DNA from: Syntrophorhabdaceae bacterium
GTDB lineage: Bacteria > Desulfobacterota > Syntrophorhabdia > Syntrophorhabdales > Syntrophorhabdaceae
Length of the DNA: 64,000 nucleotides
Assembly: GCA_963665295.1 (NCBI GenBank)
Contig: OY762209.1
Location: 704,001-768,000, forward strand
Reading direction: 5' to 3'
Under the pieces are notes generated by a model. The model did not search any database, was not told the DNA's origin, and saw only the letters and a program-made list of their open reading frames with translations. Position numbers and translations under genes: made by a program. Below are positions 63,001 through 64,000 of the stretch, piece by piece (positions within the stretch are counted from its first letter, which is position 1; every line of letters begins with the position of its first letter).

Positions 63001-63709
63001 AGAAGATTCAACGGAAGCACCTTTTCATCGGCATCGGTTTACTCTCGGTAATGCTCTTGTGTTCTTCTCCTTGTCCAGCCTTCCTGGGCTTCGGCGACAT
63101 TGTCTTCGACCCCTCGGTCTGGGCGCAGACGGTCATGAACTATGTCAAGGAAGTCCAGACGGCGATCAACACCACCAAGCAGGTCGAGAATCAACTTCAA
63201 AGCCTCCAGAATGAGGCGCAGAACCTTACCCGCATGGATCAAGGCACCGCAGCGGCCACGATGTCCCGGATTCAGAGCAGCCTTTCCCAGCTTACCCAGA
63301 TGAGAAGCAACATGCGGGGCATTACCATGGACTATTCAAAGCTTCAGACCGCGTGGGACGGCGTCTACAAGAACTTCGGCGCCTATAACGGCATGTCAGG
63401 TAAGGATTACGCCACCCAGGCGCAGAAGATCACGGAGCAGAGTAACAACGCGAGTTATGACGCCATGAAGGCACAGGGTCTTGCAGCACAGTTGGGCGAC
63501 GACACCACCAATCTCAACAACCTTCTCAGGGCCTCGAACAACGCCGGGGGTGCAGTCGCCGCAACCCAGGCGGGCAACCAGATCGCGGGCATGACGGTGC
63601 AGCAACTCATGAGGCTTGAACAGGTCATGGCCACGAGTTACAGGGCGCAGTCGTCATACTTTGCGGCGGAGGCGCAGAAAAAAGCAATGGCGGATGCTGA
63701 TTCGGCTAG
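62997..63709 (+). pseudogene. trbJ: TrbJ, interrupted near its C-terminus by IS630
   Basis: Signal peptide, IVFDPS, QVENQLQSL, GAVAATQAGNQ; IS begins after CTAG 63706-63709. Confidence 0.8.
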
Positions 63710-64000
63710 TGTCACATCACACTTGTAATGTCGTATAGTATGATATAGAATCTCCTCAAGGGTTAAATTTCACCATGGGGAGGTCCGAATGATAAAATAT
63801 AGGGTGGTGCTCGAAAAAGAAGAGCGAAAGGAACTTGAAGGCGTGGTGCAAAAAGGAAATCATAAAGCCCAAAAGGTGCTCAATGCGCTGGTTCTTCTCA
63901 ATTGCGATCAGGGCCGGTTCCAGGACCACCCGATGAAGAACGAGGATATATCGGCAGTGTTGCGAATCAGCATGCGTAAGATAGATAGAGTAAAAAAGCG
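63710..64000 (+). mobile_element. IS630-family element, partial; second copy of 54370-55587 in opposite orientation
   Basis: Starts tgtcacatcacacttgtaatg; reverse complement of the 55587 end of the other copy. Confidence 0.92.

Larger units (their letters stand above)
45533..64000. mobile_element. Integrative conjugative element at the tmRNA 3' end; continues past the window
   Basis: Integrase abuts ssrA; AT-richer cargo; trb T4SS genes; second att site not visible. Confidence 0.8.

Overview
Bacterial chromosome segment, GC-rich in the core regions. Gene content suggests an anaerobic deltaproteobacterium such as a Syntrophorhabdaceae/Desulfobacterota member (inference only). Region 1-34 kb is mixed housekeeping and accessory genes: a radical-SAM maturase end, a two-domain serine hydrolase, an isoaspartyl peptidase, an RpoD paralogue, a CxxU Rdx-family selenoprotein missed by the ORF track, a secreted-protein operon with both genes broken by IS elements, csp, ftsH, PAS/LuxR, MFS and SSS transporters, and yhhQ-queC. 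Region 34-45.5 kb is core: smc, gltX, selA, rluD, pgeF, an NtrY-like kinase, smpB and tmRNA. From the tmRNA 3' end (45532) to the window end lies an integrative conjugative element. It carries a tyrosine integrase, a four-gene ubiquitin-like conjugation operon (Ubl-E2-JAB-E1, Bil/Bub type), a divergent sigma-like/unknown/IrrE-peptidase triad, an FRG-HEPN-like-unknown operon and a P-type trb T4SS cluster. All five IS3/IS630 insertions sit inside accessory genes; for the four with both ends in the window the original reading frame can be rebuilt exactly. An IS256 remnant is also present. All calls are from motif recognition by eye; no database searches were run.
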